NCBI GenBank assembly: GCA_038087875.1
Contig: CM075988.1
Span: 12,092,001-12,156,000, forward strand
Reading direction: 5' to 3'
DNA from: Malacoraja senta
Lineage: Eukaryota
DNA length: 64,000 nucleotides
Position numbers and translations under genes: made by a program. The notes beneath the pieces are model-generated. The model saw nothing but the letters and a program-made list of their open reading frames with translations. It made no database searches and was not told where the DNA came from. Of the stretch, positions 36,603 through 50,174 are shown one piece after another (the first letter of the stretch is position 1; each line of letters opens with the position of its first letter).

Positions 36603-39059
36603 GAAATGATTTCTGCCTGCAGCTTGGAAGGCCAGAAATAAAGTGTAAAGACATGAAGGATAAAGAAAGTATTATTCAGATTTTTAGGAAGAGTTAACCT
36701 GCTGCAGGAATTCACAAATAATACAAGAGTTAACCGAAATGTTGTTGACGGATGAGTGAAGAGTCAAGTCAAGTGTTTAATTGCCACTGAATTTTTTACT
36801 TGCAACAGCATAACATACCTCTAACGCAATACACATTGATAATATATAATAAGCAACAAAAACAAAATATTATTAACCCCAATAATAGTGTTTAAAAACA
36901 TCTCTAAGTTCTTAGTGCAACCCAAGACAGTCCGTAGTTCATTGGTTAACGTTGCAGTGTTCAGGAGCTGGTGTCATTTTGCATTGCAGTTCCCTGTATT
37001 CATAACTTCCAAACCTGCCTGCACCATTCTGTGGAAGTCGATGTTTTTAAAGAGTCCAGCATTTTGTGGCACTACGGTTACTCCTGCAACTGCCTCAAAT
37101 CTCAAGGCACCTGGGTTCAACCCTAATCTCTGGTGCTTATCATTGTGGATTTCACATGTTCTCCAAAGACCAAATAGGTCTTTGGCATTCAATTCATCTG
37201 CAGATGATTTAACTTGGCCTGCTGTGTAGAATGATTTAGGTTTAGGTTTATTATTGTCACTTGTTCTGAGGAAGGGTCTCCCATTCCTTCTATCCAGAGA
37301 TGAAACATCACCCATTCCTTCTATCCAGAGATGTTGCCTGGCCCACTGAGTTACTCCAGCATTTTGTATCTATCTTCTGATGTTGGCTTCTACTGGATGC
37401 TCATATTTGCTCTCGCTTCCCAAAGGCATGTTGGAAGGTGAATGGTAAATTACTTCTTGTGGTAGGTGGACCAGCAAAATGTTCGAAGGGAAATTGTGGG
37501 ACAAATTCAAGCGAATAAGTGGGGAGGTTAAGGGAAGATGAGAAGAAGGGGATGGGAATGCTCTGCTGAGAGCCAGCATGGAGACGGTAGATCAAATAGC
37601 CTCCTTTCTGTATCCTCAAGTAAGAATTGAGCCCCAACAGAGTTTACTTTCTTGTTAAGTTATTTGGAGGATGATTGTGATGGAGTGAGGGATGGAATGT
37701 GTGGACAGAAGGCAGGTATCCAGAATCTGTAGAAATAAAAGCATGTTCAAGAAGGTGTTTGCCTCCTGAACTTTTCAAGAGGAGTGATGATCTTATCATA
37801 AATGTGTGTTTTGTTCCTTAAATTAATAAAATCTCGATATTTTCTGCCTTAAATCATGTCGTGTTCGGCTCAGTCTGGGTGTTAGCGATGCATGGAATTA
37901 AATGTCAACACGATATAGAGTCTGGTATGTTAATAGCGGGCTTTTTCCAGAATGTGGAATGACAGTGAAGTTCGGCTACATGTCAGAACCATGCTGAGTC
38001 TTTCCTTGTACTCCTGTTATTTCAGAAAGATTCTTTATTGCCGTGTTGAAACTGTTGTACTCTCGCCAGCACGAGAAGCACAAGGCCTAATCTTTGACAG
38101 TAGCTGCAAACTCAGAAGGGCTTACAAATGTATCATCCAAATATGAACTATCTTTTATTTGAGATTGATCAGATTAAACCAGCAGCTAATCACAGCAGTG
38201 TCATTTCATTGTGGGAGAAATGTAATATTTCAACAATCCTAATACTCTAAAGTTTTGTGAGAACAATATTTTTACCAACGGTTTCAAATGTCTGGGAAAC
38301 ATTTAATGCATTATAATGCTATCTGTGAGTTGCCAATGCCAAAATATCATGCTGTTTGGAGCATGGGGAATTGTGCAATCTTCAGCATAATAATAGTTTG
38401 GTATTGTCTTCTGAGGAAAGATTGAGTAGATTGGAGATATATATATATATATATATATACACACTGAAGTTTAGATCAATGAGAGGTGGTTGAAACAGAT
38501 GATTTCTGCTGGTTGTTGAGAAAGTGGGTGTTATGTGGATGGATTGCCTGCCTGGTGGGAGAATTAAACATGAGGACCAGGCAGACTCCGAATAACCAAG
38601 AGACTGAGAAGAGTTGGGAAATATCAGAAGAATTATCTGGGGAGCAACTGGTGTTGGGATCTGTTGCTGCTAGGATTGTCTGCAAGGGTCCTGAGATTCC
38701 ATTTCCCAAACTTCATCATGTGGATTGGAAATTGTTTTTGTGTGGTTCCTTTTGATATAGTGTAGCCATTTCACACCACTTAATGAACAGTCTTCACGGA
38801 GCACGGTCTACATCCGGAGACAAGGGGACGGGAGTGAATGGAGGCCAGGCTCTGCTGCATTAGTATCAATGCACACAATTTACTGGCCTCATAGATCAGG
38901 GGTGGGCGATGATTCGGGTCGGGTGTCTGAAGAAAGATCCAAACCCGAAACCACCAATCCATTTCCTCCACAAATGCTGTCCGATGCACTGACTGACTCC
39001 AACACTTTGTTACTTAATGAATAAGGTGATGGGTAAGCTGTCTTCTGAGGAGTAAACGG

Positions 39060-39192
39060 AAAGGCCAACATAAACAGCTGAAGGATCACCACGTCACAAA
39101 CTGCAGGCCTGCCCACCTCAGCAGGCACCTCTCTCCTCATCTCACAAAACCAAGTGAAGGCAAGTCATCCTCAATCCCGAGGGACTTCCTAT
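39060..39192 (+). mobile_element. RTE LINE 3' end remnant
   Basis: gcaagtcatcctcaatcccgagggacttccta resembles the minus-strand 3' end at about 63126-63155. Confidence 0.55.
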
Positions 39193-40335
39193 TAAAACAG
39201 AGTATGCCACAGAACATATTATTTTATATGAGTGTCAAGCATGATTGATTGCACAAGCTAAACTGTCTGAAATCATGTTATTGTACACCTGTTGGAAGAA
39301 GCATTAATATTAACCTGAAGATAAGTTTCAATGAATGGGACATTCTTATACAGATAATGGGATTTGATGTTCAGTCCTATTCATTTCCACACTTTGACCG
39401 ACTAACTCCTCAGCTTTCTTTTGTCTGAGCCAAATGGTTAAATATACGGAAAGAATAAACACACAAAGTTATTACAGTAATTAGTGAAATTTACACAGAA
39501 ACTGAAAGTAAGATACAATTGTAATTTTGCAAATAAAATCACTGAACCAACTCAGGGTGATGAAACATACTGTAGGCAGTGGAATTTGTATTATTCTGCA
39601 GGCACATTATGCAAAATAAATCCCTTTCCATTTTGAGGAAAGCTGGAACTGAGCGAGGTTGAAAAAATACTTAGTAGGTGATAATATGACTTTGAAATGT
39701 AAAGCATAACCTTAAATTTTCTGCTGAAAAGATAAATGACAGTAATTCAATAATTCAAAAGCAAAATTCTGCAGATGCTGGAATTGTGAAATGAATTGTG
39801 AATTGTGACATCTGGTGCAGATGGGGTATGTTGGTCGGTGTGGGCAGGTTGGGCCGAAGCATCTGTTTCCTCACTGTATGACTGATGCCATGAAACACTG
39901 CAAACGTTCAATGGATCTAATGGTATCTGTGGAGAGATACAAAGGGTTAATATTTCAGTGGAAGCCCATTTGCTTGAATGCTACTTCTGTGAACCGATTT
40001 CAGTGATAAAGTGCTTGAAATTACAAGTGCGACATATCATTTATGAAGAATAAATGTGCAGGATCTCTTGAAAATTGAAAGTGATATTGTAAATGATCAA
40101 TTATTTTGTATCGTTATTATGCAGTAGAGATGGAGGATAGCATTTGGGATATGTGAGAAGAGTAGATTTAATTTAGGGATAAAGATAATACAGCCAAAGG
40201 AACAACAATGAAGAAAAAAGCTGTTCTGAAAAGGTAATGCATCTCCAGAAGCAGATGGTTTCCATATTTGGACTGGAAGCATTGTCAATGTCCAAACTAT
40301 TATCTGCCTAAATTCAGACACAATCCAGGCTATCA

Positions 40336-40770
40336 ACAACCAAACCAGCCTACCTTCAATTGAATTAATCTACACTTCACGCTGCCTCGCCTTGGCCAAT
40401 CAAGGACGAGTCTCACCCTAGACACTCCCTCTTCTCCCCTCTCCCATCAAAAAAGAGATACTGAAGTGTGAAACCAAATACCTCCATAGTCAGAGGCAGT
40501 TTCTTCCCAGCTGTTATCAGGCAACTGAACCATCCTATCACCAACTAGAGAGTAGTACTGAACTACCATCTAGCTCATCAGAGACATTTGGACTATCTTT
40601 ATTCAGACTTCACTGGACTTTATCTTGCACTAAACGTTATTCCCCTTATCCTGTATCTGTATACTGTGGATGGTTTGTAATCATATATAGTCCTTCCGCT
40701 GACTGAATAGCATGCAATAATAAAGCTTTACACTGTACCTTGGTACATGTGAAAATATATTAAACTACAC
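40336..40770 (+). mobile_element. Rex1/Babar LINE 3' end
   Basis: LPSIELIYTSRCL..IKDESHPRHSLFSPLPS...RGSFFPAVIRQLN followed by a 3' UTR ending aaactacactgaa. Confidence 0.85.
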
Positions 40771-41275
40771 TGAAGTCAACATCTTCTTTCAGATTGAGGA
40801 AAATTGTTTTTGTTTAATTAATGCCCTTTGTGGAAGGTATCTGCTACTTTTGCCCTTCAGCCGGGGAGGCATCAATGACAGAGGAGCTGTAGTTTAGTTT
40901 GTATCTGCATTGTTGCCACCTCCAAGTGCTCATGTCTGGTCACAGTACTGAGCTTCTGCTCAGGGTCCAGCTAATGATGATATCTCCTGTCGCTTCAATA
41001 AAAGGTGGTCTGAGGAATTTGGGCCATGCTCCCATTGCTGGATTACAGGAAAATTAATGTCCTATATCAAGGACACATGTGACAGTTGATTTTCCCTTCA
41101 GATAGTTGAGGTGCCGTGCCAGACTCCCAAACCCATTCTCATCTGATAACTGGAATAGCCTTGCTCAAATCCCCTGAATCACTAGGAAATAGTTGGACGA
41201 GTTGTGTTTATAAATTGGCAATTAAACTGCTCATCTTTCCACCATTTTCTTCTGCTTGGGAGCAAAGGAACAACA

Positions 41276-41823
41276 CTAGAGACTAGATCACCTCTACCCA
41301 GCCCCACCATATAATGAGACTATGGCTGTTCTGCATCTTTTTTGCTTTATCCCTGTGTTATTGTGGGTGGGGTGGGGTGGGGCGCTGCGCTGCAGACGGC
41401 AGGCTGAGTGCGAGTCGACTGTGAGTCGGGAGGCAACATAATGACTGTGAGTCGGGGTGGGGATAACGTAACTCGCCATCGGCTTCAATCCAGAGCCGGG
41501 GGGGGAGGGCAGGGCGGTGCGCTGCGGATGGCAGGCTGGTCGACTGAGAGGAGCCATTGTGACATCATCAGCTCGTTAGATTTTAAAAAGATCTTAGATA
41601 TGTGAAGAATTTCAAGAAATAACTCGGGGAATAATGAATCAAATTTTCACATGAGGCGATTTTTGAGATCATGGGGTAAATCTCTACCGGAATATGTAAA
41701 AATTTCACCGTTAGCCCGTCGGGTTTTCGAGGAGATGTGAATCACAGAAAAAGAGAATCAAACACACAAGGCACAAACAAGTACATAAACACCCAAGATC
41801 AGAATTTTGCAATAATATATCGA
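41276..41823 (-). mobile_element. Probable non-autonomous Helitron
   Basis: Minus strand begins A|TCGATATATTATTGC and ends CTAG|T (41283-41286 or 41276-41279). No TSD, CpG-rich body, AC-rich simple tract near the 5' end. The 3' hairpin is not evident. Confidence 0.5.
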
Positions 41824-42944
41824 TGAGGCAATCAATGGTGTACAAAACTGCTTCTTTCACAAATTAAATATTGCCATTTGCGTTTCAACAGTAGGAATAA
41901 TTTTCAATTCTATGTCCAAATTCTTTATCTTTTTATTTTATATTTACTTTTTGCAAAAGTTAATAGTTTCTTAACATTGGTGGTTTAATTAATCATTATA
42001 GAATAGAATCTGCTTATTTTTCTGACCAAGTACCAAGGAGTACTTTTGGCCCAACAGATCAATGCACGTTCCCAGTTGTGAACAGTGGTGTCTGTCCTGA
42101 AGATAGACACAATAGACTCAGCAGATCAGGCAGCAAGTCTGGAGAAAAAGGATGAGTGATTGAATGTGTGGGGGAGGGAACTGGAGGTAGGAAAAGGCTA
42201 GAACAAAGCAGCAAAGATGCTGCCTGACCCACCGAGTTACTCCAGCACTTTGTGTCTCTCTTCGGGATGTACCAGCACCTGCAGTTCCTTTCTACACACT
42301 GTGTCAGTCATGTTCCCTTGCTCGATCCCTGTCATCCCAGATATTATTCTCTCAAAGCCCATCCAGTGCCATTCTGAGTTTCATCTTGGGCAGTTGATGG
42401 ATTATCATTCACACAGCGTTCGTAGTTTTACTTAAGAGTAAGCAGTGCCATATATGTATGGATGATGAGCTGAATTCAATTTGATTTGAAGAGAATATCA
42501 TCGTCGTGTGAAAAGAAAGGATCACAACAAAAGTCATGATTGACTCGTATTCAAGAAAAGTGAACAGTATGTTTTGATGCTCATAAGGTTTGTGAACAGT
42601 GGAATGATTTTGTGTGGATACATTTGTAAGGATAAAGTTTAAATGATTCTGGACGGGGATTGATCAAATTGTTCTTGCCAGTATCTTTAGTCGGATATAT
42701 GTTTCATGATGGATGCTGGGAAAATATATATTTTTTGCTGTTGAAAGAGAATGGATATTAGAGTATAGTACAATGTGATACTGTAATATCCATTTACAGT
42801 TGAAAAGTTAATGCTTTCTAAAACTGCCTAAAATTTCACATTTACAATGTTTGTTTCTGTTTGGTGTTTGAGGTCAGAGTTTAAAATTTTCTAACTAGTT
42901 CTTTGAGTGCTTCAGTATAAAATATTGGTGAGCCATATTTTTAG

Positions 42945-43390
42945 TTTACAGAAACAAGACGGAAACAAGCCCTTTAGCCCACCAAGTCCATGCCGACTAG
43001 TTACACCTAGTACACATAGAAACATAGAAAATAGATGCAGGAGTAAGCCATTCAGACCATTCAACATGATCATCGCTGATCATCCAGAATCAGTATCCAG
43101 TTCCTCCTTTCTCCCCAGATCCCTTGATTCCGTTAGCCCTAAGAGTTATATCTAACTCTCTCTTGAATACTTGTACTGTCCTACTTGGGACAATTTTCAA
43201 TTTTTGACAAAGCCAATTAACCTACAAACCATTACAACTTTGGAATGTGGGAAGAAACCAGAGCACGCAGAGAAAAACTACACAGTGACAGGGAGAACGA
43301 ACAACCCTCGTACAGACAGCACCCCTAGTCAGGATTGAGCCCAGGTCTCTGGTGCTGTAAGGCAGCAACTCTACAGCTGCGCCACCATGC
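42945..43390 (-). mobile_element. HE1-like SINE with nested CR1 tail (about 43015-43170)
   Basis: SINE tail ggaaacaagcccttt and head ggcagcaactctacagctgcgccacc. The insert starts catagaaacatagaaaat. Confidence 0.8.
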
Positions 43391-44869
43391 ATCCCCTTTA
43401 TTAATTCTCACACAATTATAAATGCAGAGTTGGTGGGGGTGGGGATGTGGCTTCTGCAATCTTGTGATCCTGTTCCTCACAGCTCCTTGTGTGAAAGGTG
43501 CCTTTTCAGAAACATCCTGGCCGAAAGGAGAGCAACAGATATGCCATGAATTTACACTAGAAAGCTGTGACTATCTCCAAAGCTGATTAATAATCTAATT
43601 TAATGGCATTTGCAATGACAGAGTCGTCTTTCAGCTTTACGGGAGAGACCCAAAGCAATTGATCTGAGCACTTACTGAATGTAATGAGCATTCTGATTGC
43701 AAACAACTTTATTTGGTAAATGATATTATCTTCAATCAGGATAATATCATAATTTCTGAGGAGAATGCAGATTTTTTTCATATAGAATATTAACAGAGTA
43801 ACATTTGAAATTAGTGTTTGTTTTAATGAAAACAAACAAAACTCATTTAAAATGTTACTCTTACTATTCCAGATGAAACGATCTATTTACCAAATAACTA
43901 AAAATAATCTTCAAAATGACCAAATCCACAGTGATTTCTGACATGACAGATCATGAAATCTTGTGATTAGTTCAAAACAGGTGATGCATTTCTTGTGCAT
44001 TAACTTTTTGATAGTGGGGGTAAATCATTTTTTTTTCCTTGGTGGTCAATCAGATTTCTTAAACCTTTCCATTGGCCACTCTCCATATTTGAGACAATAC
44101 CAATGGAAAAATTAAGTACTGCCAAAAGACAAAGGTTTCTTCATGTTTTAAATACATTGCATTTTTTTTTAAATCTGGAAAAACATCCCCTTTCCAGTAT
44201 CTCATTTTATGATCCATAATATTAAGTTGGCATTGGACTACTATAGAATAAAGTAGGTTGCATTGCAATTTTTAGCATACTTCACACAGAAGGTGGTGGG
44301 CCTATGGAACAAGTTGCACGAGGAGGTAGTTGTAGCAACATTTAAAATACATTTGGACAGGAAAAGTTTAGAGGGATATGGGCCAAACAGGGGACTAGTG
44401 TAGTTGGGGTATCTTGGTCGCCATGGCAATTTGGGCCGTAGGGCCTTTTTCCATGTTGTTTATGACTCAGAATTTGTAAAGAAGTGGTACAGTATAAATC
44501 TGATAATCTGCTCTCTAACCATTCAGAAATCCCTTTGGTTATAGATCGGGCTCCCCAGGTGATCTTTGCTCAGCAGCTACCCATTTTCAATGGTCTGTGT
44601 TCCCATGGTCCCTTTAAACTTACTAGATTCACCACTAAACCTGTTATTCTATTATACAACGTTCAATGAAAAGAGAAGAGAATAACATTGAATTATTTGG
44701 AAAATTGACTTGTCTGCCACCATCCAAGTCTCAAACATATCACTTACTGTAACTCATCACCTGTTATAATGAGCAGTACAAGGGCTGGAAGGAGATTATG
44801 CATGGATTAATGCATTATATATGCACACCATTCACACTATGTGTGCTTACCACCTTTAACTCCATCCCA

Positions 44870-45235
44870 ATAAATGGTGGTATTTGAAATCCATGTTGAA
44901 TGGTGCTGTGTGGTGCTATATCCCTTTCTTTGTTCCAATAACAACTGCATTGGTGCTGCTTCCTGCTCCCATGCAGAACTTGTCAATTGTATCACCTTCC
45001 CCATTGCTCCCAACATAACTCGGACCATCTCTCTATCTCCATCCCAGGAGACAAACTATTCCCTGATTGTCAGATTCTCGCCTTGATCCTGACATTTACC
45101 ATAAACCCCAGCTACCTTGAGTACACATCTTCACATCTTATATTTTGCAAAGATCCCATCACTTTTTTCAACTTTCTCTGTTTATGTCAAATCTGCTTTC
45201 AAGGTGAGGCCCACAATTCTGGGAGATCCAAAATG
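44870..45235 (+). mobile_element. Old Penelope-like RT C-terminal remnant
   Basis: NNCIGAASCSHAELVN (compare YIDDCIGAASC), LSISIPGDKL, SYLEYTSSH..CKDPI and LCQICFQGEA match the order of PLE RT and thumb motifs. Confidence 0.7.
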
Positions 45236-45879
45236 GGGGAAAATCTGGATTTCATTCTACTGTGTTTGATGGAGCCGTCTCTCACATTTCCTGGCATCTT
45301 TACAAAATATAAGATGTGAAAAATTGAGTTGAGCTGCTCCTTGTATTTATTTAATTTGGAAAGAAAAAAAATTACTGTGCTTTTATTGTAGTTACAAATC
45401 AATGTTTTTTTTTTGCAATTTGGATTTAATATGATTTGAAAGCGGTAATATGACCACAAATTGATGGTTTTCACAGTGTCAGACATCATTCAATTGATGG
45501 CTAACAAAGGCAGCCAGGTTCAATACTCATCAGCCCCAGGATGATCTTTTAATCAACATCTTGAAAAGGTGATGGTGCCAGTGTGACTCAGCAGAGATGG
45601 TGATTCATAATTTTTCTTTTGAGACATCAGGAAAATAAGTGAACTCAAATGAAATTGGACAAGGGAAGAAAAATCTCATAAAATTGTATTCTTGTGTTGA
45701 GGCTATTTGTCAATGGTATTGACACTCATTGATGATATTGATATGAGACATGGTTCAAGCTTATTTCAAATTCAGATAATCCATTTTTGGTGATATATGG
45801 AAGTATTGTCAGTTTAAAAATTGAAATAGAATTATTTCATTTATAACTGGGACCATCGAGCATAAGAAGAGGGAAACAC

Positions 45880-46400
45880 CTTGGTGCAGCTGGTGGAGAT
45901 GCCTGACAGCACCGGAGACCCAGGTTCGATCATGACCTTGGGTACTGTCTGCGTGGAGTTTGCATGTTCTCCCTGTATCGACGTGGGTTTCCTCCCACAT
46001 TCCAAAGGTGTGCAAGTATGTAGGTTAATTGGCTTCTGTAAATAACCCTGATGTGCAGGGAGGAGGCGCTAAATGACCCCTGATGTGTAGGCATGGGCAG
46101 CACAGTGGCACAGCTGGTAGAGATGCTGCCTCATACACCAGAGTTCTGGGTTGAATTCTGACACGGGTTGGTGCTGTCTATGTGGAGAATACACGTTCTC
46201 CCTAGTTTTCCACCGGGCACTCCAGTTTCCTCCCACTTCCCAAAAATGTGCAGGTTTTTTGGTTAATTGGCTTCTCTAACATGCCCCTGATGTGTATGGC
46301 ATAGATGAAAAGGTAGGATAATATAGAACGAGTGTGAGTGGGTGATCGACGGTCGGTGTGGACTCAGTGGACCAAAAGGCCTGCTTCCATGCTTCATGTC
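45880..46400 (+). mobile_element. Two tandem HE1-like SINEs (about 45880-46060 and 46095-46400)
   Basis: Two tRNA-like heads (ggtgcagctggtggag..ggttcgatc; gtggcacagctggtagag..gggttgaattc), each followed by the central domain. Confidence 0.8.
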
Positions 46401-47133
46401 CCAATCTATCTCTATCTATCTCTGGGACACATGGCTAATTGCTGATTCAGATAGCTTGGACCAATAATAAAAATAAAATTATAGCACCTCTAACACAGTG
46501 AAACATCATGTCAAAACCATAAAATATAGCAGAGATAACAGCTGTTAACTCCATTGCTGATGGTGAGTGTTGGTTTGGGGATGATTAACACAACTACATC
46601 ATGGATAAAATGCGTGTTTTATATGTAAATGACAATTTGTTAGGCTTAACAAGATTGTAGAGGATCAGATAAATTAAAATTGAACAAGAGTTTTTTAAAG
46701 TAAATCCTTTGTTTAACTTGGATCAATTCAAATGCAGGTATATTTTTCTGTGTGACAGGAAGGCATTAGTCACATTTAATCTTGTTACACCAGTGCTGGT
46801 TCCAGTTGTTCCAGATGAACCCAATCAATTGCACTTTTAATTTACGACAATAATTGACTACTGGTCATCAATGTGACTAATGTGGATGCTGTGTACTTTG
46901 ATTTGTGTGTGTGTGTTGCGTGTGTGTTTTGATTTGCTTTTACGTGCCCTGTTTTGATGTTAATGTATTTTTAGATAATTGCATACACTATTTATTTTGG
47001 TCAATACTTTATTACCCAGTGAAATTGATTTATGTTTTGGCTGGATTACTTTTAGATGTGAGCCATTTGTTGCTTTGCAGATGGCTTTTAAGAAGAAAAC
47101 AATTCCATGCAATTAAAATACAGTTAACCCTAA

Positions 47134-47381
47134 AGGGCCTGTCCCACCTGCCGATTTTTTTCGGCGACTACCAGCGTCATATCAGTGTCACCAAAAGATT
47201 TTGAACATTTCAAAATCCAGCGGCGACAAAAAAAATGTTGCGACACTTGAAAAAACACCGTGGGTCAATACGTCATCACGCCGTGTCACCGCCGCGTCAC
47301 ACCACAAATTTTTCGGTGACCTGATCCGTCAGCCAATGATGCCGGCAGTCGCTGAAAAAATCGGCAAGTGGGACAGGCCCT
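47134..47381 (+). mobile_element. PIF/Harbinger-type MITE, copy 2
   Basis: TAA|AGGGCCTGTCCCAC...GTGGGACAGGCCCT|TAA: perfect 14-bp TIR and 3-bp TSD. Confidence 0.9.
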
Positions 47382-47437
47382 TAACAAACATTTGATTGCA
47401 TGCAAACAGCACTGCCCAGCTCCTTCTCATTTACAGT

Positions 47438-47615
47438 AGTTTAGTTTAGAGATACAACACAGAAACAAGTCCTTAGGCAAACCGAGTTCGCGCTGAGCAG
47501 CAATCTCCATACACCAACAGCATGCTACACACTCGGGATACTTTACATTTTCTTACCAAAGCCGATTTACCTGCAAACCTGTACGTCTTTGGAGTGTGGG
47601 AGGAAACCTGAGCAC
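47438..47615 (-). mobile_element. HE1-like SINE 3' half
   Basis: agtttagtttagagatac...gtacgtctttggagtgtgggaggaaacc. Confidence 0.75.
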
Positions 47616-48481
47616 CCAGTTTCTCAGCCACTTCTTTGTGGAGCAAAAATATCTTGAACGACATGTTCCAAATGGGATTTTTACAGGATTCGCAACTTTC
47701 TTTTCAGTTGATATGTCAGTGAAATGTTTTTTTTTCTCCTGACTACAGTTCAATATCCTGGCAGCCAGTTTAAGTCATACTGTAAGAAATGTCTTTTGGA
47801 TTTCACAAATTTTAGCAAATTGCACAAGAATATGTAAGTAGCCCTGTGTTTTTTTGTGCAAAAATAACCAATGATAAGTTTGTGTAAACCATTGTTTTAG
47901 TCAGGGAGAGAACTCTGTACAGTTGTGCATCCTCATTATTAAATGCACAGAGCTTTTGAGACTATGTAGTGCAGATTCACAATTATGATGCCGTGATTGA
48001 GAAAGTATTTATGAAGCGGTACTGTGATTATTTCCACAGTAGGATTTAATTAAAGCTTTTTAAAAATCGTTTAGCTTTTTGATATGGTGCATGACAAGAA
48101 TCCCATTGCCTGTGGTTGGGTTATAATGACAAAGAATTGTCAATTTACAAGAGAGATTAGAAGGGTTTTTTCTGTGCAGAGGATTGTTGGAGCATGAAAT
48201 TCTGTCACAGACAGCAAATGAAACCGGTTCAAAATTGGAATAATACCTGAATCTAAGGCATTGGTTGGAAACGGGGAATAGGATTCACGTAGGATTGCTC
48301 TCACAAATGAGTTTTGTTCAACAGTCTCCTCCTTGTGCTCAATATCTGTGAACCTGTGCAGTGAAAATTACATTCTGTAGGTATGGTTAAAAATCCACTC
48401 CTTGTTGGAAGAGAACAGCATGAGGACAATTGAAATAACATGGGTGTATATTTTTCCCAAAATTAATAATGGAATTTTTAA

Positions 48482-48738
48482 AAAGACACAAAGTGCTGGA
48501 GTAACTCAGAGGTTCAACAGCTAGTCAAAATTGCCTTTTGGGAAAAATGTAGCTGTTCAGTATGAAATTCCAAGTATACAGGCTTTATTCATTCAGAGCC
48601 TGAGTTTATATGGGTAGGTGACATTTCGGGTTGGAACCTGTCTGAAGATGTGTCCAGATCTGAAAGGGCACATATCCACATACTCCAGAGATGCTGCCTG
48701 AACCTCTGAGTTACTCCAGCACTTTGTGCCTTTTTTTG
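48482..48738. mobile_element. Inverted-arm PLE derivative carrying a captured 44-bp local sequence
   Basis: Arms cacaaagtgctggagtaactcagaggttca / tgaacctctgagttactccagcactttgtg. Segment 48516-48559 matches 50307-50350 at 40/44. Confidence 0.8.
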
Positions 48739-49846
48739 TGTCCTTGTGTCCATATTGTATTCAATCCCCTCATAATAATTTCTAACATTTTATCCATACC
48801 CTGCCATCTTAATGACAGATAGGTAAATTGGAGCTATAACATCAAACAGAAGACTAGGATGGTCCCATCTTGATCTTTTCAAATGTTTGAAAAAATAGTT
48901 GCAATCAAGGAAAAATTTGAATGATTCTTTGCACTCAAAGGGGTAGGTTGGAGACGATATGTCAACCAGATCAAGGAGAGACCACCTACTATTTTCAGTG
49001 TTATGAATCTTTCCCATCCTATCAAAAAAACTGCACCAACAATAGTGTAAAGCTTGCTGAATTAAAATGTGCCAGAATAGTCCACTAATTGAAAAGAGTC
49101 ATTTTTGTCAAATGTGGGCTCTTGCTATATGTAAGCTATTGTTGATAAAACTGCAGTCCCAAATTACACGCAAGAACTCTTGGAGTGCTGGTAATTAGCT
49201 ATATTTTTTTTCAAAAAGCATTCAAGTTTAGACTGATCCGCATACACGTTGATTGACTTGATCTATAATTTTGAACGATGGGAAGATCAATACACTCGTT
49301 GGAGAAGGAACCACGCAGGAATCTCAACAGTTCAGTAAAATAATATATCAGGGTTTGTGCAGCTAACGTTGTTCCAACATCAGAATCATTGTCAGTAGAA
49401 TTTAGTTTGACAAATAGGAAAACCTCTCCAGACATGATTAAAGACTGAGATTTCAGGAGAATGCTGACAATAATCCCCTTTGAACTACATGAAATATTGA
49501 GCCTTATGGGTATGACTGAATTTGCCAATCTGGGAACTCCCAGTAATGTAAGTCATTTAAGTGCATGAATTGAATTGAAGTGAATTGAATTGAATACTTT
49601 ATTGTCACATGTAACAAGTCACAGTGAAATTATTTTCTTGCATACCCAAGGTATGCAAATAGACGCCCATAAAGGGCGCTTGATAAGTTGGGCTTAAACT
49701 CATAATATTCAAGTCCTTTGTTACCCAATTCTAACCATGGATTTGCATGAGGTTGTATCATTTGAATCCTCTTCTTTGGTATTTCAATGTAATTTTTGAT
49801 CAATCGCCCCGATAAAAGAATATGGTAGGTGCAACTTGGATGATAA

Positions 49847-50174
49847 TGGGCCTGTCCCACTTACTCGACTTTTTCGGTGACTGCCAGGTCGTTGCAGGTC
49901 GCTGAAAATTTTCAACATGTTGAAAATCTAGCGGCAACCAGCACAAGGTACGACTCTTTGGGCGACTACTTACGACCATACAGGCTTCACCCCGCGACAT
50001 GTCGCCGGGGTGTGCCTGTATGGTCATGGGTAGCCTCCTCAGTCGCCCAACGAGTCGTAGCGTCTTTTTGGTCGCCGCTGGATTTTCAACATGTTGAAAA
50101 TATTCGGCGACTTGCAACGAACTATGACAGGTGCTGGCAGTCGCCGAAAAAGTCACGTAAGTGGGACAGGCCCA
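49847..50174. mobile_element. Fold-back PIF/Harbinger-type MITE (different interior, same TIR)
   Basis: TIR TGGGCCTGTCCCACTTAC / GTAAGTGGGACAGGCCCA with flanks TAA and TTA. The whole element is an imperfect palindrome centred on gcgacatgtcgc. Confidence 0.85.

Noticed and set aside
39557..39652. Box C (GTGATGA) to box D (CTGA) spacing like a C/D snoRNA; shorter pairs near 130 and 40974
   Set aside because: No terminal stem or recognisable rRNA guide here, and the other pairs are too short.
49211..49528. 105-aa minus-strand ORF in unique sequence (similarly 8087-8530)
   Set aside because: No domain resemblance, no splice framework, and length within chance range.
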